Source of the DNA: an uncultured Saprospiraceae bacterium
GTDB taxonomy: Bacteria > Bacteroidota > Bacteroidia > Chitinophagales > Saprospiraceae
Direction of reading: 5' to 3'
Length of the DNA: 54,488 nt
NCBI GenBank assembly: GCA_938002705.1
Contig: CALLAG010000197.1
Location: 1 to 54,488 of the forward strand
In this document: in pieces, positions 46,288 through 54,488 of the stretch
Layout of the letters: the number at the start of each line of letters is the position of its first letter
How positions within the stretch are numbered: the stretch's first letter is position 1
Notes under the pieces: model-generated
Databases searched by the model: none
The model's input: only the letters and a program-made list of their open reading frames with translations
Told to the model about the DNA's origin: nothing
Made by a program: the position numbers and the translations under genes

Positions 46288-48360
46288 ATGAATTTTTTAT
46301 CTAATTGGAAAACGGCTACGCTGTTTTTGTTATTTGCACCAATATGCCTTTTGGCGCAAGACCCAGAACCTACTACTACGACTAATATCTCCGAGGAGGT
46401 AGAAGAAGAAGATTACAAGGATACGTGGAAAACACCACACATCTCTGATGAAATGACTGTCGATGACGAGCAGAACAAATCATGGAGAATGGGAGATTAC
46501 AAATTTTCTTCTAAACCCAAGAACTCATGGGAGTTAGGACTCCATGGAGGTCACTTCTTTATAGATGGTGATGTCGATAGAGCGATTCCTGGAGGATGGG
46601 GCTTAGGCTTGCATCTCAGAAAAGCCATCAATTATACTTTCTCAATCAGAGGATCAGTATTCTATGGTATGGCAACAGGTATAGAGAACCAGTTCTGGAG
46701 ACATAAATTTAACAGAGGTACAGGTGGTGTCAATCAGATCGGTGGTGGTCTTGTAGAGAATACTTTTGACGGGTATAATCCACAGACAGGAGGCCCAGGC
46801 GAATGGATTCCTGCTCACAGAACACAATATATAGCAGCTGATATGGCTGTTGTGTTAAACATAGGGAACTTATTGTTCCACCAAGAAAGAAATAAATGGA
46901 ATTGGTACGCAGCTATCGGAGTTGGTCTAAGTAACCATACTGCTAATCTTGATTTGCTTAATGCAGCAGGTGAGCCATATGGTACTGGAATAGACGGAGG
47001 TATAAGAGAAGCAATAGGCTGGACACCAGACAGATTCAATACGAAAGCGGGTAGAGATGAAATAGAAGCAAGTATCAAAGAAATATATGACGGTGTCTAC
47101 GAAACTGAAGGATTCAAGAAAGCAGGAATTTTCAGATTTGGAGATGACTTTAATGTACATGTAGTATTCGTGCCTTCTATGGGTATCTCTCGTAAGTTAT
47201 CTAAAAGAATCAACGTCGGTATAGAACACCAGATCTTCTTATCTGATAATGATTACTTAGATGGCATCAAGTTCAGAACCGCTGTAGATCAGACTAATAA
47301 TGCTGATATAGGTCACTATACTCACATGAGAATAGGGTTTAACATCGGTAACTTCGATAAAGTAACAGAGCCATTATACTGGATGAATCCTATGGATATA
47401 GCATTCTCAGAAATTAATGATCTTAAGAATAAGCCTCAATTAGACCTTACTGATGAAGATCAGGATGGTGTTATCGATATGTTAGATCAAGAATTAGATA
47501 CACCTGAGGGATGTCCTGTGGATACAAGAGGTGTACTCCTAGATAGTGACGGTGACGGAATCGTAGATTGCGAAGACAAAGAGCCTTACAGTAGACCTGG
47601 TTGTCCTATAGATGAGTATGGTGTAGCTAATTGTGAAGAAGAATGTTGTGCATCAGAAGATGATATCAATAGACTCATCGATGCAAGAGCTGAAGAGTTC
47701 AAAGCAGCAGCATCTTCTGGAGTCAGCAACTATGGTGGCGGTGGTACTGTAGAGAGAACAGTCACTAATGCAGATGGTACGACAACAATAATCAGAGAAC
47801 CAGCAGTCAATACTAACACTGTAGAGAGAACAATAACTAACGCAGATGGTACGACAACTATAGTAAGAGAGCCAGCAAGAAGTAGCGGTGGAACTTATGC
47901 TAATTCAGGTTGTGGAGATTGGTTCTTACCTATGATCCATTATGACTTAAATAAGTCTTCTATTAAGCCAGAATACTTCAGTCACCTACATAACGTAGCT
48001 CAGGTACTGCAGAAATGTCCAAGCATATGTGTAACAGCACAAGGATATACAGATAGCAGAAACTCTAATGATTATAATAAAGTTCTATCATATAAAAGAG
48101 CAAAATCAGCTGTGGATTATCTTGTAGATAATTACCAGATCGATAGAAGTAGATTAAAGCTAATGTACGGAGGAGAGGAGAACCCTATGGTTAATTCTCC
48201 AAGCTCAGAAGCACATCACTTCATGAATAGAAGAGTAGAATTCAGAACATGCGAAGCCGTTGATTTTGATATGGCAGCACCAGAAGGTACGTCTACTAAC
48301 TCTGCAGGTAGTAGCTCACAGCCAGATTATTACAAAGGAAATAAGTCGTCAGGATATTAA
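46288..48360 (+). CDS. OmpA-family outer-membrane protein with thrombospondin type-3-like calcium-binding repeats
   Basis: Signal peptide MNFLSNWKTATLFLLFAPICLLAQ from ATG 46288. TSP3-like repeats: DEDQDGVIDMLDQ..DSDGDGIVDCEDKEP. The C-terminal OmpA_C domain carries GYTDSRNSNDYNKVLSYKRA...NRRVEF. Confidence 0.8.
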   Translation: MNFLSNWKTATLFLLFAPICLLAQDPEPTTTTNISEEVEEEDYKDTWKTPHISDEMTVDDEQNKSWRMGDYKFSSKPKNSWELGLHGGHFFIDGDVDRAIPGGWGLGLHLRKAINYTFSIRGSVFYGMATGIENQFWRHKFNRGTGGVNQIGGGLVENTFDGYNPQTGGPGEWIPAHRTQYIAADMAVVLNIGNLLFHQERNKWNWYAAIGVGLSNHTANLDLLNAAGEPYGTGIDGGIREAIGWTPDRFNTKAGRDEIEASIKEIYDGVYETEGFKKAGIFRFGDDFNVHVVFVPSMGISRKLSKRINVGIEHQIFLSDNDYLDGIKFRTAVDQTNNADIGHYTHMRIGFNIGNFDKVTEPLYWMNPMDIAFSEINDLKNKPQLDLTDEDQDGVIDMLDQELDTPEGCPVDTRGVLLDSDGDGIVDCEDKEPYSRPGCPIDEYGVANCEEECCASEDDINRLIDARAEEFKAAASSGVSNYGGGGTVERTVTNADGTTTIIREPAVNTNTVERTITNADGTTTIVREPARSSGGTYANSGCGDWFLPMIHYDLNKSSIKPEYFSHLHNVAQVLQKCPSICVTAQGYTDSRNSNDYNKVLSYKRAKSAVDYLVDNYQIDRSRLKLMYGGEENPMVNSPSSEAHHFMNRRVEFRTCEAVDFDMAAPEGTSTNSAGSSSQPDYYKGNKSSGY
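47746..47877 (+). repeat. In-frame 72-nt tandem duplication inside the OmpA/TSP3 gene
   Basis: ACTGTAGAGAGAACAGTCACTAATGCAGATGGTACGACAAC... repeats at 47818 with a few substitutions. It encodes VERTVTNADGTTTIIREPA and then VERTITNADGTTTIVREPA. Confidence 0.8.
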
Positions 48361-48389
48361 TTATATCGGCGGTTATGGAATATTAAAAA

Positions 48390-48420
48390 AGCTCTGGAGT
48401 ATAATCCAGGGCTTTTTTTA
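48390..48420 (+). terminator. Rho-independent terminator after the OmpA/TSP3 gene
   Basis: AGCTCTGGA / TCCAGGGCT stem with one mismatch, followed by TTTTTTT. Confidence 0.6.
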
Positions 48421-48512
48421 TTTTGTAGTATACCCTTATCGTTTCTATATGTCGATCGAACATTAATCTATAATCTCATGTTTGCCATATATAACATACA
48501 AGAGTAAAAAAA

Positions 48513-48725
48513 ATGATAAGGAAAGGATCAAATGTAAAATGGAAATGGGGTAATGGATATGGAGAAGGTAAGGTAATAGAATCCTATGATGAAGAAATAG
48601 AGAAGACAATAAAAGGTACAAAAGTGACCAGAAACGGAGAGGCCGGTAACAAAGCTCTGTATATAGAAACAGATGACGGCAGTAAAGTCCTCAAGCTTGA
48701 GAGCGAAGTAGAAAAAATAGATTAG
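48513..48725 (+). CDS. DUF2945 / Hva1-TUDOR-like small protein
   Basis: 70 aa. GSNVKWKWGNGYGEGKV...TRNGEAGNKALYIE matches the pattern I associate with this small SH3/Tudor-like family. Confidence 0.6.
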   Translation: MIRKGSNVKWKWGNGYGEGKVIESYDEEIEKTIKGTKVTRNGEAGNKALYIETDDGSKVLKLESEVEKID

Positions 48726-48747
48726 ATAACTAAAAAAAATAAAGATT

Positions 48748-49068
48748 ATGAAGTACAATATTGAAGCACCGTTCACCATATCAGACGATGATAGATCAAG
48801 TATAGAAAGTAAGTTAGAAAGCTTGGAGAAATTTAACCTTGGAATAACTTCAGCAGATATTTTTTTCAAGGAAGATGATGGCACTAATCCTGGAGATATC
48901 CACTCTCAGGTAAGATTGTATCTGCCAGGACCAGATATCTTTGCTGAGAGTTTTAACCAGCAAGCGATAGTTGCATTTAATAATACATTCGATGCGGTGA
49001 AGAGGCAAGTAGTGAAGTTGAATGATAAGAGAAATGATCACCGATCGGAGATAAAAGAGATGATATAG
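48748..49068 (+). CDS. hpf: Ribosome hibernation factor, HPF/RaiA (S30AE) family, short form
   Basis: 106 aa. It is alignable by eye to E. coli HPF: KLESLEKF..., then I-x-A-E-S..., then AFNNTFDAVKRQVVKLNDK. Confidence 0.7.
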   Translation: MKYNIEAPFTISDDDRSSIESKLESLEKFNLGITSADIFFKEDDGTNPGDIHSQVRLYLPGPDIFAESFNQQAIVAFNNTFDAVKRQVVKLNDKRNDHRSEIKEMI

Positions 49069-49102
49069 CAGGATAGTAACAATAACAACCTTATATAAAT
49101 GA

Positions 49103-49140
49103 AAAAAGGGATGATAGCCAAAAGCCATCATCCCTTTTCT
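49103..49140. terminator. Bidirectional terminator between hpf (+) and the E2 gene (-)
   Basis: AAGGGATGATAGC / GCCATCATCCCTT stem with one mismatch, an A-run upstream and a T-run downstream. Confidence 0.6.
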
Positions 49141-49163
49141 ATTAATTATAGCTCAGAATATTA

Positions 49164-50462
49164 TTATGCTAATATCTTAACTGGATTCTCTAAGAATGAC
49201 TTAAGAGTCTGTAGATAAGCGGCACCTTTAGCGCCATCTACTATTCTGTGATCACATGATAGCGTCACTTTCATCATATTGCCTATCACTATCTGACCGT
49301 CTTTGACTATTGGTTTTTCTACTATAGTACCTACAGCAAGTATACATGCATCAGGTGGATTGATAATAGCTGTAAATTCTTCTATGTCAAACATCCCAAG
49401 ATTACTTATCGTGAAGGTATTCCCTGACATTTCTTCAGGAGATAATTTCCTATTTTTCGCCTTACCAGCGAGTTCTTTGATCTCAGTCTTAATCATCGTT
49501 AATGACTTCAGATCGGCATCTCTTATAACTGGAACAAGCAGGCCTTCTTCTACAGCTACAGCTACCCCGATATTGATATTCTGATGATAAGTGATCTTAT
49601 CACCTAACCATGACCCATTAATAAGTGGGTGCTTTCTGAGAGCTGCTGCAGATGCTTTTACTACGATATCATTGAATGATATTCTTACTTCTGCGTCTTC
49701 GTTTATAGCTTTTCTTGCTGTGATAGCATTATCCATATTAATCTCTACTGTAAGGTAGAAATGTGGTGCTGAAAACTTACTTTCACCTAACCTCTTAGCT
49801 ATGACCTTTCTCATTTGAGATATAGGCTTATCACCATATACATCAGGGTTGATAGCGCCAGACAATTGGGCCATTGGAGCACTTGATGATCCTGCTACTG
49901 CAGATCCGTTAGCTATAGCTGATTCTATGTCTTGCTTGACGATACGTCCGTTCTCACCAGTACCAGATATTCTACTGAGGTCCAGTCCGCTGTCACTTGC
50001 CATCTTCTTAGCCAGTGGCGAAGCGAATATTCTGCCATCGTTATGTGTCTCATTCTGAGTGACTTGGACAGGAGTAGATGCTTTCGCTGGTGTAGGAGCA
50101 CTTTTAGTCTCCGCTTTAGGGGCTTCTTTTTTCGTATCGCTACTTTCACTTTCAGTTGCTTTAGGTTCCGCTTCTGATTTGCTAGCGCCTGACTCTATTT
50201 CAGATAGTAAGTCATCTATATTTTCTCCTTTTTCGCCTATGATAGCAATTACACCCTCTACAGGTACTGGTCCTTCTGCTACGCCGATGTGTAATAATAC
50301 ACCCGAATTAAAGCTTTCGAGCTCCATTGTTGCTTTGTCTGTTTCTACCTCAGCGAGTATATCGCCTGGTTCTACTGCATCTCCAACTTTTTTTTGCCAT
50401 CCTACGATGTTGCCTTCTTCCATCGTATCACTCAATCGAGGCATCTTAATTACTTCAGCCAT
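49164..50462 (-). CDS. 2-oxoacid (pyruvate-type) dehydrogenase complex E2, dihydrolipoyllysine acetyltransferase
   Basis: 432 aa. It has a lipoyl domain (VETDKATMELES), an Ala/Pro/Lys-rich linker, a subunit-binding domain (ASPLAKKMA...GTGENGRIVKQDI) and a catalytic domain with SCDHRIVDGA. Confidence 0.85.
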   Translation of the reverse strand: MAEVIKMPRLSDTMEEGNIVGWQKKVGDAVEPGDILAEVETDKATMELESFNSGVLLHIGVAEGPVPVEGVIAIIGEKGENIDDLLSEIESGASKSEAEPKATESESSDTKKEAPKAETKSAPTPAKASTPVQVTQNETHNDGRIFASPLAKKMASDSGLDLSRISGTGENGRIVKQDIESAIANGSAVAGSSSAPMAQLSGAINPDVYGDKPISQMRKVIAKRLGESKFSAPHFYLTVEINMDNAITARKAINEDAEVRISFNDIVVKASAAALRKHPLINGSWLGDKITYHQNINIGVAVAVEEGLLVPVIRDADLKSLTMIKTEIKELAGKAKNRKLSPEEMSGNTFTISNLGMFDIEEFTAIINPPDACILAVGTIVEKPIVKDGQIVIGNMMKVTLSCDHRIVDGAKGAAYLQTLKSFLENPVKILA

Positions 50463-50698
50463 TTTCTATGTTTTTTTGATAAACTAAGCACTAATTTAAG
50501 GATGATTTGAAATATTTCCCTAAATAATGGTATTCATGGTATCATATGCGATAATTATGCCTATTCGCCTCCTTTTTCCATGTTATACTCAATATAATAG
50601 CCTTTAAGATATAAATGTTGAGTTGAAATATAATCCTAATTGAGATTAGGTGACGCTTGTTTGTTTTTATTAATGTGTAATTGCCTATTTTTGAGACG

Positions 50699-51316
50699 AT
50701 GAAATTCTCCTCCAAGACCTTAGAAAAAGCCGTAGATGCACTAAGCATGCTGCCTAGTATAGGCAGAAAGTCAGCCCTCAGATTGGCTCTACATCTTGCT
50801 GATAACAATACAGAAAAGAAAGATAAGATCATAGCTGCAGTGATGGCACTTAGAGATGACTTGAAGTCATGTAAGAAATGTCATAACTATTCTGATAATG
50901 ACATATGTGATATCTGTGCTGATGTAGCACGTAGTCATAAGACAATCTGTGTCGTAGAATCTGTCAAAGATGTGATGGCTATAGAGAATACGCAACAGTT
51001 CAGTGGCGTCTATCATGTTCTTGGTGGTGTCATATCTCCACTCGAAGGGGTAGGACCTGAAGACTTACATATAGAATCATTGCTATCAAGAGTTAAGGAG
51101 CAGGATGATATCGAAGAATTAATCATGGCTATAAGTCCTACCATCGAAGGGGATACAACAATCTACTACATATCTAAATTACTCGAAGGCAAAGTTAAAG
51201 TATCCACTATAGCAAGAGGTGTCTCTTTCGGTGGAGAATTAGAGTATGCTGACGAGTTGACACTAGGGAGATCTATACATAGTAGGACTACGTATACCCA
51301 AGAAATCACAATATAA
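50699..51316 (+). CDS. recR: Recombination protein RecR
   Basis: Start moved to ATG 50699. It has a helix-hairpin-helix (LPSIGRKSALRLALHL), a C4 zinc finger (CKKCHNYSDNDICDIC) and a Toprim domain (VVESVKDVMAIE...). Confidence 0.9.
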   Translation: MKFSSKTLEKAVDALSMLPSIGRKSALRLALHLADNNTEKKDKIIAAVMALRDDLKSCKKCHNYSDNDICDICADVARSHKTICVVESVKDVMAIENTQQFSGVYHVLGGVISPLEGVGPEDLHIESLLSRVKEQDDIEELIMAISPTIEGDTTIYYISKLLEGKVKVSTIARGVSFGGELEYADELTLGRSIHSRTTYTQEITI

Positions 51317-51331
51317 GTTAAGCTGCTACAG

Positions 51332-53257
51332 ATGACTAATCTAAGCATCGTCATAGTTAACTACAAAGTCAAATATTTCTTACGGCAGTGCATACAATCC
51401 ATATATAATAGCCAATGTAATCTGACCTACGATATTATCGTAGTAGACAATGCATCTGATGATGGCAGTGTCGAGATGCTGGAAGAGTACTTCCCTAAGG
51501 TTAAGCTTATCGCAAATAAAGATAATGTAGGATTCTCAAAGGCTAACAACCAGGGATTTGCAGTAGCGAATTCTAAGTATGTTCTTATCCTCAATCCTGA
51601 TACGATCCTGCAAGAAGATACCTTACAGACATCTTACGACTATGCAGAGGCACATCCTGATGCAGGTGCCATAGGTGTCCGTATGATAGATGGCAAAGGA
51701 CAATTTCTACCAGAATCTAAACGAGGTTTTCCCACTCCCCTTAATGCAATATGGAAGATGCTGAAGGTATCTAAGCTATTCCCTAAGTCATCTTTCTTTA
51801 ATAGATACTATATGGGGCATATAGGAGAGTACGAGACTCATGATGTAGATGTTCTTACTGGTGCTTACATGTGGGTAAGAAAAGAAGCAATAACAGCCAC
51901 GGGTGGATTTGATGAAGATTACTTCATGTATGGTGAAGATATAGAACTGAGTTATCAGATCAGAGCACAAGATTATAGAATCGTATATCTACCCACTACT
52001 TCAATTATACACTTCAAAGGAGAAAGTACGAAGAAGAGCAGTGTCAAGTATCTAAGGAACTTCTATGGCGCTATGGGTATATACGCTAATAAGCGAAACT
52101 CAAATAATGGCTTCGTTTGGAAATTAATATTACAACTCGGAATCGTATTCTCAGCTGTAGCATTTGTACTTAAGCAATTGATAGGTCGTATAATAAGGCC
52201 ATTAGTAGATGTCTTATTACTATTCGGCATAGGTAAGATATTGCAGAACCTATGGGCTCGATTTTATTTTGATGATCCTACATATTATCAGGATTCGGCG
52301 GTGGACATGACACTTGGAGTACTTATAGCCATTCTTATATTAGTCTATTACTTATTCGGGCAGTATGATAAGCGGCATAATATAAAACATCTCAGCTACG
52401 GATTTCTTATCGGAACATTAGCTATGTTCTCGGTATATAGTCTATTGCCATTAGAGCTGAGATTCTCCAGACTTGTATTGGTGATGCTTGTAGTTGTGAG
52501 TCCGTTCGTGCTATATGTAAGTAGAAGGTTGTATAATCTGATAGGGTATAAAAGAAGTGCATTCAATTTGTTTGATAACAAAAGGATAGCCATAGTAGGT
52601 TCTGATATGTCGTGTACAGCGGTAGATAGAATTGCAGATAATTACTCTAACAGTCAGCAAATAATAGGGCATATCACTGATGGTATCTCTGACAAAAATA
52701 TAGGTGCTTTAGATGAGCTGGAGGATACTGTAGATTCTCGTAATATCAACGAGATCATCTTCTGTAGTAAGGATCTCAGCTCTGATTATATATTCCAGTC
52801 GATGGCAAAATTAGGCAATAAAGTTTCCTATAAAATCGCTAATGATGATAACAGAAGCATACTGGGTAGTGACTCTAAAGATAAGGCAGGAGAGTGGTAT
52901 GCATTGGATATCGCTTACAAAATAAATCAACCTTTTCATATCAGGTTAAAGCGGATATTCGATATAGGAATGAGTATACTCTTGTTGTTAGGATTACCAA
53001 TTTTTATCATAGTTAGTCCTCAAAGGAAGCATATTTATTCTCATCTTATCTCTGTTCTTATAGGTTCTAAGACTTGGATAGGATACCATATAGCGGATAA
53101 TAAATTATCAGATCTACCCACCATAAAGAATAGCGCCTTTCAATTACATACTAACGCTACTACATCTGCTCACGAAGCTAATCTTTATTATGCAAGAAAC
53201 TACAGCATATGGTTAGAGGTAGAATTGATGTATAAATTCTTACTGGATAGGAGATAA
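51332..53257 (+). CDS. Family 2 glycosyltransferase fused to a multi-TM region and a degenerate WbaP-like sugar-transferase C-terminus
   Basis: 641 aa. The N-terminal GT2 domain shows SIVIVNYKVKY, VVDNASDDGS, NVGFSKANN and YGEDIELSY. About 5 TM helices follow, then a Rossmann-like segment (KRIAIVGSD...). KRIFDIGMSILLLLGLPIFIIV resembles the entry helix of bacterial sugar transferases, but the catalytic core that normally follows is missing. Confidence 0.7.
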   Translation: MTNLSIVIVNYKVKYFLRQCIQSIYNSQCNLTYDIIVVDNASDDGSVEMLEEYFPKVKLIANKDNVGFSKANNQGFAVANSKYVLILNPDTILQEDTLQTSYDYAEAHPDAGAIGVRMIDGKGQFLPESKRGFPTPLNAIWKMLKVSKLFPKSSFFNRYYMGHIGEYETHDVDVLTGAYMWVRKEAITATGGFDEDYFMYGEDIELSYQIRAQDYRIVYLPTTSIIHFKGESTKKSSVKYLRNFYGAMGIYANKRNSNNGFVWKLILQLGIVFSAVAFVLKQLIGRIIRPLVDVLLLFGIGKILQNLWARFYFDDPTYYQDSAVDMTLGVLIAILILVYYLFGQYDKRHNIKHLSYGFLIGTLAMFSVYSLLPLELRFSRLVLVMLVVVSPFVLYVSRRLYNLIGYKRSAFNLFDNKRIAIVGSDMSCTAVDRIADNYSNSQQIIGHITDGISDKNIGALDELEDTVDSRNINEIIFCSKDLSSDYIFQSMAKLGNKVSYKIANDDNRSILGSDSKDKAGEWYALDIAYKINQPFHIRLKRIFDIGMSILLLLGLPIFIIVSPQRKHIYSHLISVLIGSKTWIGYHIADNKLSDLPTIKNSAFQLHTNATTSAHEANLYYARNYSIWLEVELMYKFLLDRR

Positions 53258-53284
53258 TCAATAGTTCAATTTTCGGATTATGAC

Positions 53285-53700
53285 TGAGGTTCTATCGGCC
53301 TTAGCCATTTTAGGCAAATCAGTTATTTATAGCGTTAAAAGCAGGCGCCGTGTTTGACGACTGAAAGGAATGAACGACTGTTCTCGTTATTAGCGAGATT
53401 AGAGTGACTAAATGTCACTCTAAAAGAAGAGAACCTTGTCATCGGACAAGGATGGGAGGCTGTAATGTTTAGCTATCAATAATTGATTTGGCGTCAAGAA
53501 ATATGAAAGAAAGATCTCGTAGAGTAGAGCCGTGAGGCTCTAAGTGATAGAACCGCAAAGCGGGAGAGCTGCAGCCTTGGATTTTTCCCGATGCAATGAT
53601 CGGGATGGCGACATTCATCGTCTTCATTGGTTCGTTTTTTTTCTAATAGAAAAAAATGAACGCCCTTCTGGCGAAGAAAATGTATGAATAATGCAATGTC
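53285..53700. ncRNA. Candidate structured non-coding RNA, or a decayed element, of unknown family
   Basis: Non-coding gap between convergent genes. GC reaches about 42-57% in most 60-nt blocks, against a much more AT-rich background. It is densely packed with perfect short hairpins (53401-53421, 53434-53451, 53525-53542 with a GUGA loop, 53586-53605) and a 9-nt long-range complement (53288-53296 with 53546-53554). Strand and ends are unknown. Confidence 0.3.
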
Positions 53701-53760
53701 AGACAATACTAAACTTTAATAGATTTAGAATAGAAATCCATTTTATTAAATTACAAAAGT

Positions 53761-53793
53761 AAAAGGCAGAACGATCATCTCGCCCTGCCTTTA
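53761..53793 (-). terminator. Terminator of the yceI-family gene
   Basis: On the minus strand: AAAGGCAG...CTGCCTTTT, followed by ACTTTT, just downstream of the stop at 53822. Confidence 0.6.
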
Positions 53794-53821
53794 TCAGTAT
53801 ATCTCATTGGTAAACGAAAAA

Positions 53822-54391
53822 TTACTTCGTCACAAGATTAATTGTCAGATCAAAATCGTCATAGATTGTCTTATCTCCTAAGTTGTCAAAGAAACTTCCA
53901 GATCCGTATTTGATATCATATTTAGTTCTATCTACTTTTAATGTGGCATTAGCGACATTGCCACCAGCAGTAGCATTAAATGTTATCGGATTGGTTTTTT
54001 CTTTAATCGTAAGATCACCCGTTATTGTATAATCGCCAGCGGTATCGCCTTTGACAACTTTCGTTATTTTGAAAGTGGCAGTAGGGTAAGTTGCTATCCC
54101 AAAGAAGTCGTCAGAATTTAAGTGGCCTACAAGTTTTTCTGCTCCACCTGGCTTCAAGTCAGTACAAGCGATAGATGTCATATCTATAGTAAACATACCT
54201 CCCTTGAGTACGTCATGATCATATTCGAGCTGACCTTCTTTGATTTTTATAGTACCCTCATGTGAGCCAGTTACTTTTTGGCCTTTCCATGTGACGACTG
54301 ATTCAGCGACGTCTACTTTTTTTGTCGTGACGTGTGTCGGATTAGTAATGAAGAAACTCATTCCGATGATAAGTGAAATTACTGTTTGCAT
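53822..54391 (-). CDS. YceI family periplasmic polyisoprenoid-binding protein
   Basis: 189 aa with a signal peptide. VVTWKGQKVTGSHEGTIKIKEG..., LNSDDFFGIATYPTATFKITKV and GDLTIKEKTNPITF are typical YceI-like segments. Confidence 0.85.
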   Translation of the reverse strand: MQTVISLIIGMSFFITNPTHVTTKKVDVAESVVTWKGQKVTGSHEGTIKIKEGQLEYDHDVLKGGMFTIDMTSIACTDLKPGGAEKLVGHLNSDDFFGIATYPTATFKITKVVKGDTAGDYTITGDLTIKEKTNPITFNATAGGNVANATLKVDRTKYDIKYGSGSFFDNLGDKTIYDDFDLTINLVTK

Positions 54392-54488
54392 TTTTATTAA
54401 TTTGTTTAGTGTGAATATTATTGATCTAAAAATAGTTCCTAATTATGATCTCATCTTATCGAGAAGTAGGGATAGTTGTACTGCTTCC

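Noticed and set aside
49164-50462. E2 acyltransferase without adjacent E1 or E3 genes as an anomaly.
   Set aside because: Dispersed 2-oxoacid dehydrogenase subunit genes are common in Bacteroidota. The protein looks complete, with lipoyl, PSBD and catalytic DHRxxDG domains, so this is not noteworthy by itself.
53285-53700. Tested whether the structured block is tmRNA, SRP (4.5S) RNA, a group II intron domain V, or a common riboswitch (TPP, cobalamin, glycine, FMN).
   Set aside because: None of the hallmarks is present. There is no tRNA-like GGGG...TCCACCA ends and no alanine-rich tag ORF. There is no SRP domain IV GGAA/AGCA motif and no B12 box or comparable conserved core. Both flanking genes converge on the region, so there is no downstream gene to regulate.
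53494-53706. 70-aa minus-strand ORF inside the GC-rich intergenic block.
   Set aside because: It has no motif, its composition is odd (Arg/His/Cys-rich), and it spans several perfect hairpins. It is more consistent with non-coding structured sequence.

Overview
Low-GC (roughly 35%) chromosomal segment that reads as Bacteroidota (Flavobacteriia/Cytophagia-like). This rests on three things: a gliding/type IX secretion (T9SS) core block porV-porU-(porP/sprF-like)-gldJ-murF at 36.1-45.2 kb, TAnnTTTG-type -7 promoter boxes, and many Sec/lipoprotein signal peptides.

Other content:
- A 1941-aa type-B-CTD adhesin operon with its own PorP/SprF and an OmpA/PD40 partner (21.5-30.0 kb).
- A Phd/VapC toxin-antitoxin pair next to tRNA-Pro(TGG) and tRNA-Ser(GCT).
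- A solitary crtZ-like hydroxylase and a large orphan NtrY-like histidine kinase.
- RNase P RNA (rnpB), which the ORF track does not show.
- Housekeeping genes: acyl-CoA dehydrogenase, Lrp/AsnC regulator, MarC, beta-CASP MBL nuclease, 2-oxoacid dehydrogenase E2, recR, an HPF-like protein, YceI, and a GT2 fusion protein.

I recognised no rRNA, CRISPR array, transposase or integrase.

Most worth a second look:
1. A compact four-gene cassette at 3.0-9.6 kb. It holds two exported beta-lactamase-fold serine hydrolases, a permuted phosphohistidine/ATP-grasp dikinase with an unknown 450-aa N-domain, and a DUF1704/MATCAP-type metallopeptidase.
2. The DUF1704 gene has no canonical start codon, yet it stays open in frame straight through from the stop codon of the upstream gene.
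3. A roughly 400-nt hairpin-rich intergenic block between convergent genes (53.3-53.7 kb). It is richer in GC than its surroundings, and I could not assign it to any known RNA family.
4. Smaller oddities: a stand-alone T9SS-CTD-like mini-ORF, a C-rich octamer microsatellite that fills a convergent gene gap, and an orphan plus-strand terminator.

All calls come from reading the translated ORFs and the sequence by eye. No database search was run, and RNA ends and start codons are approximate.
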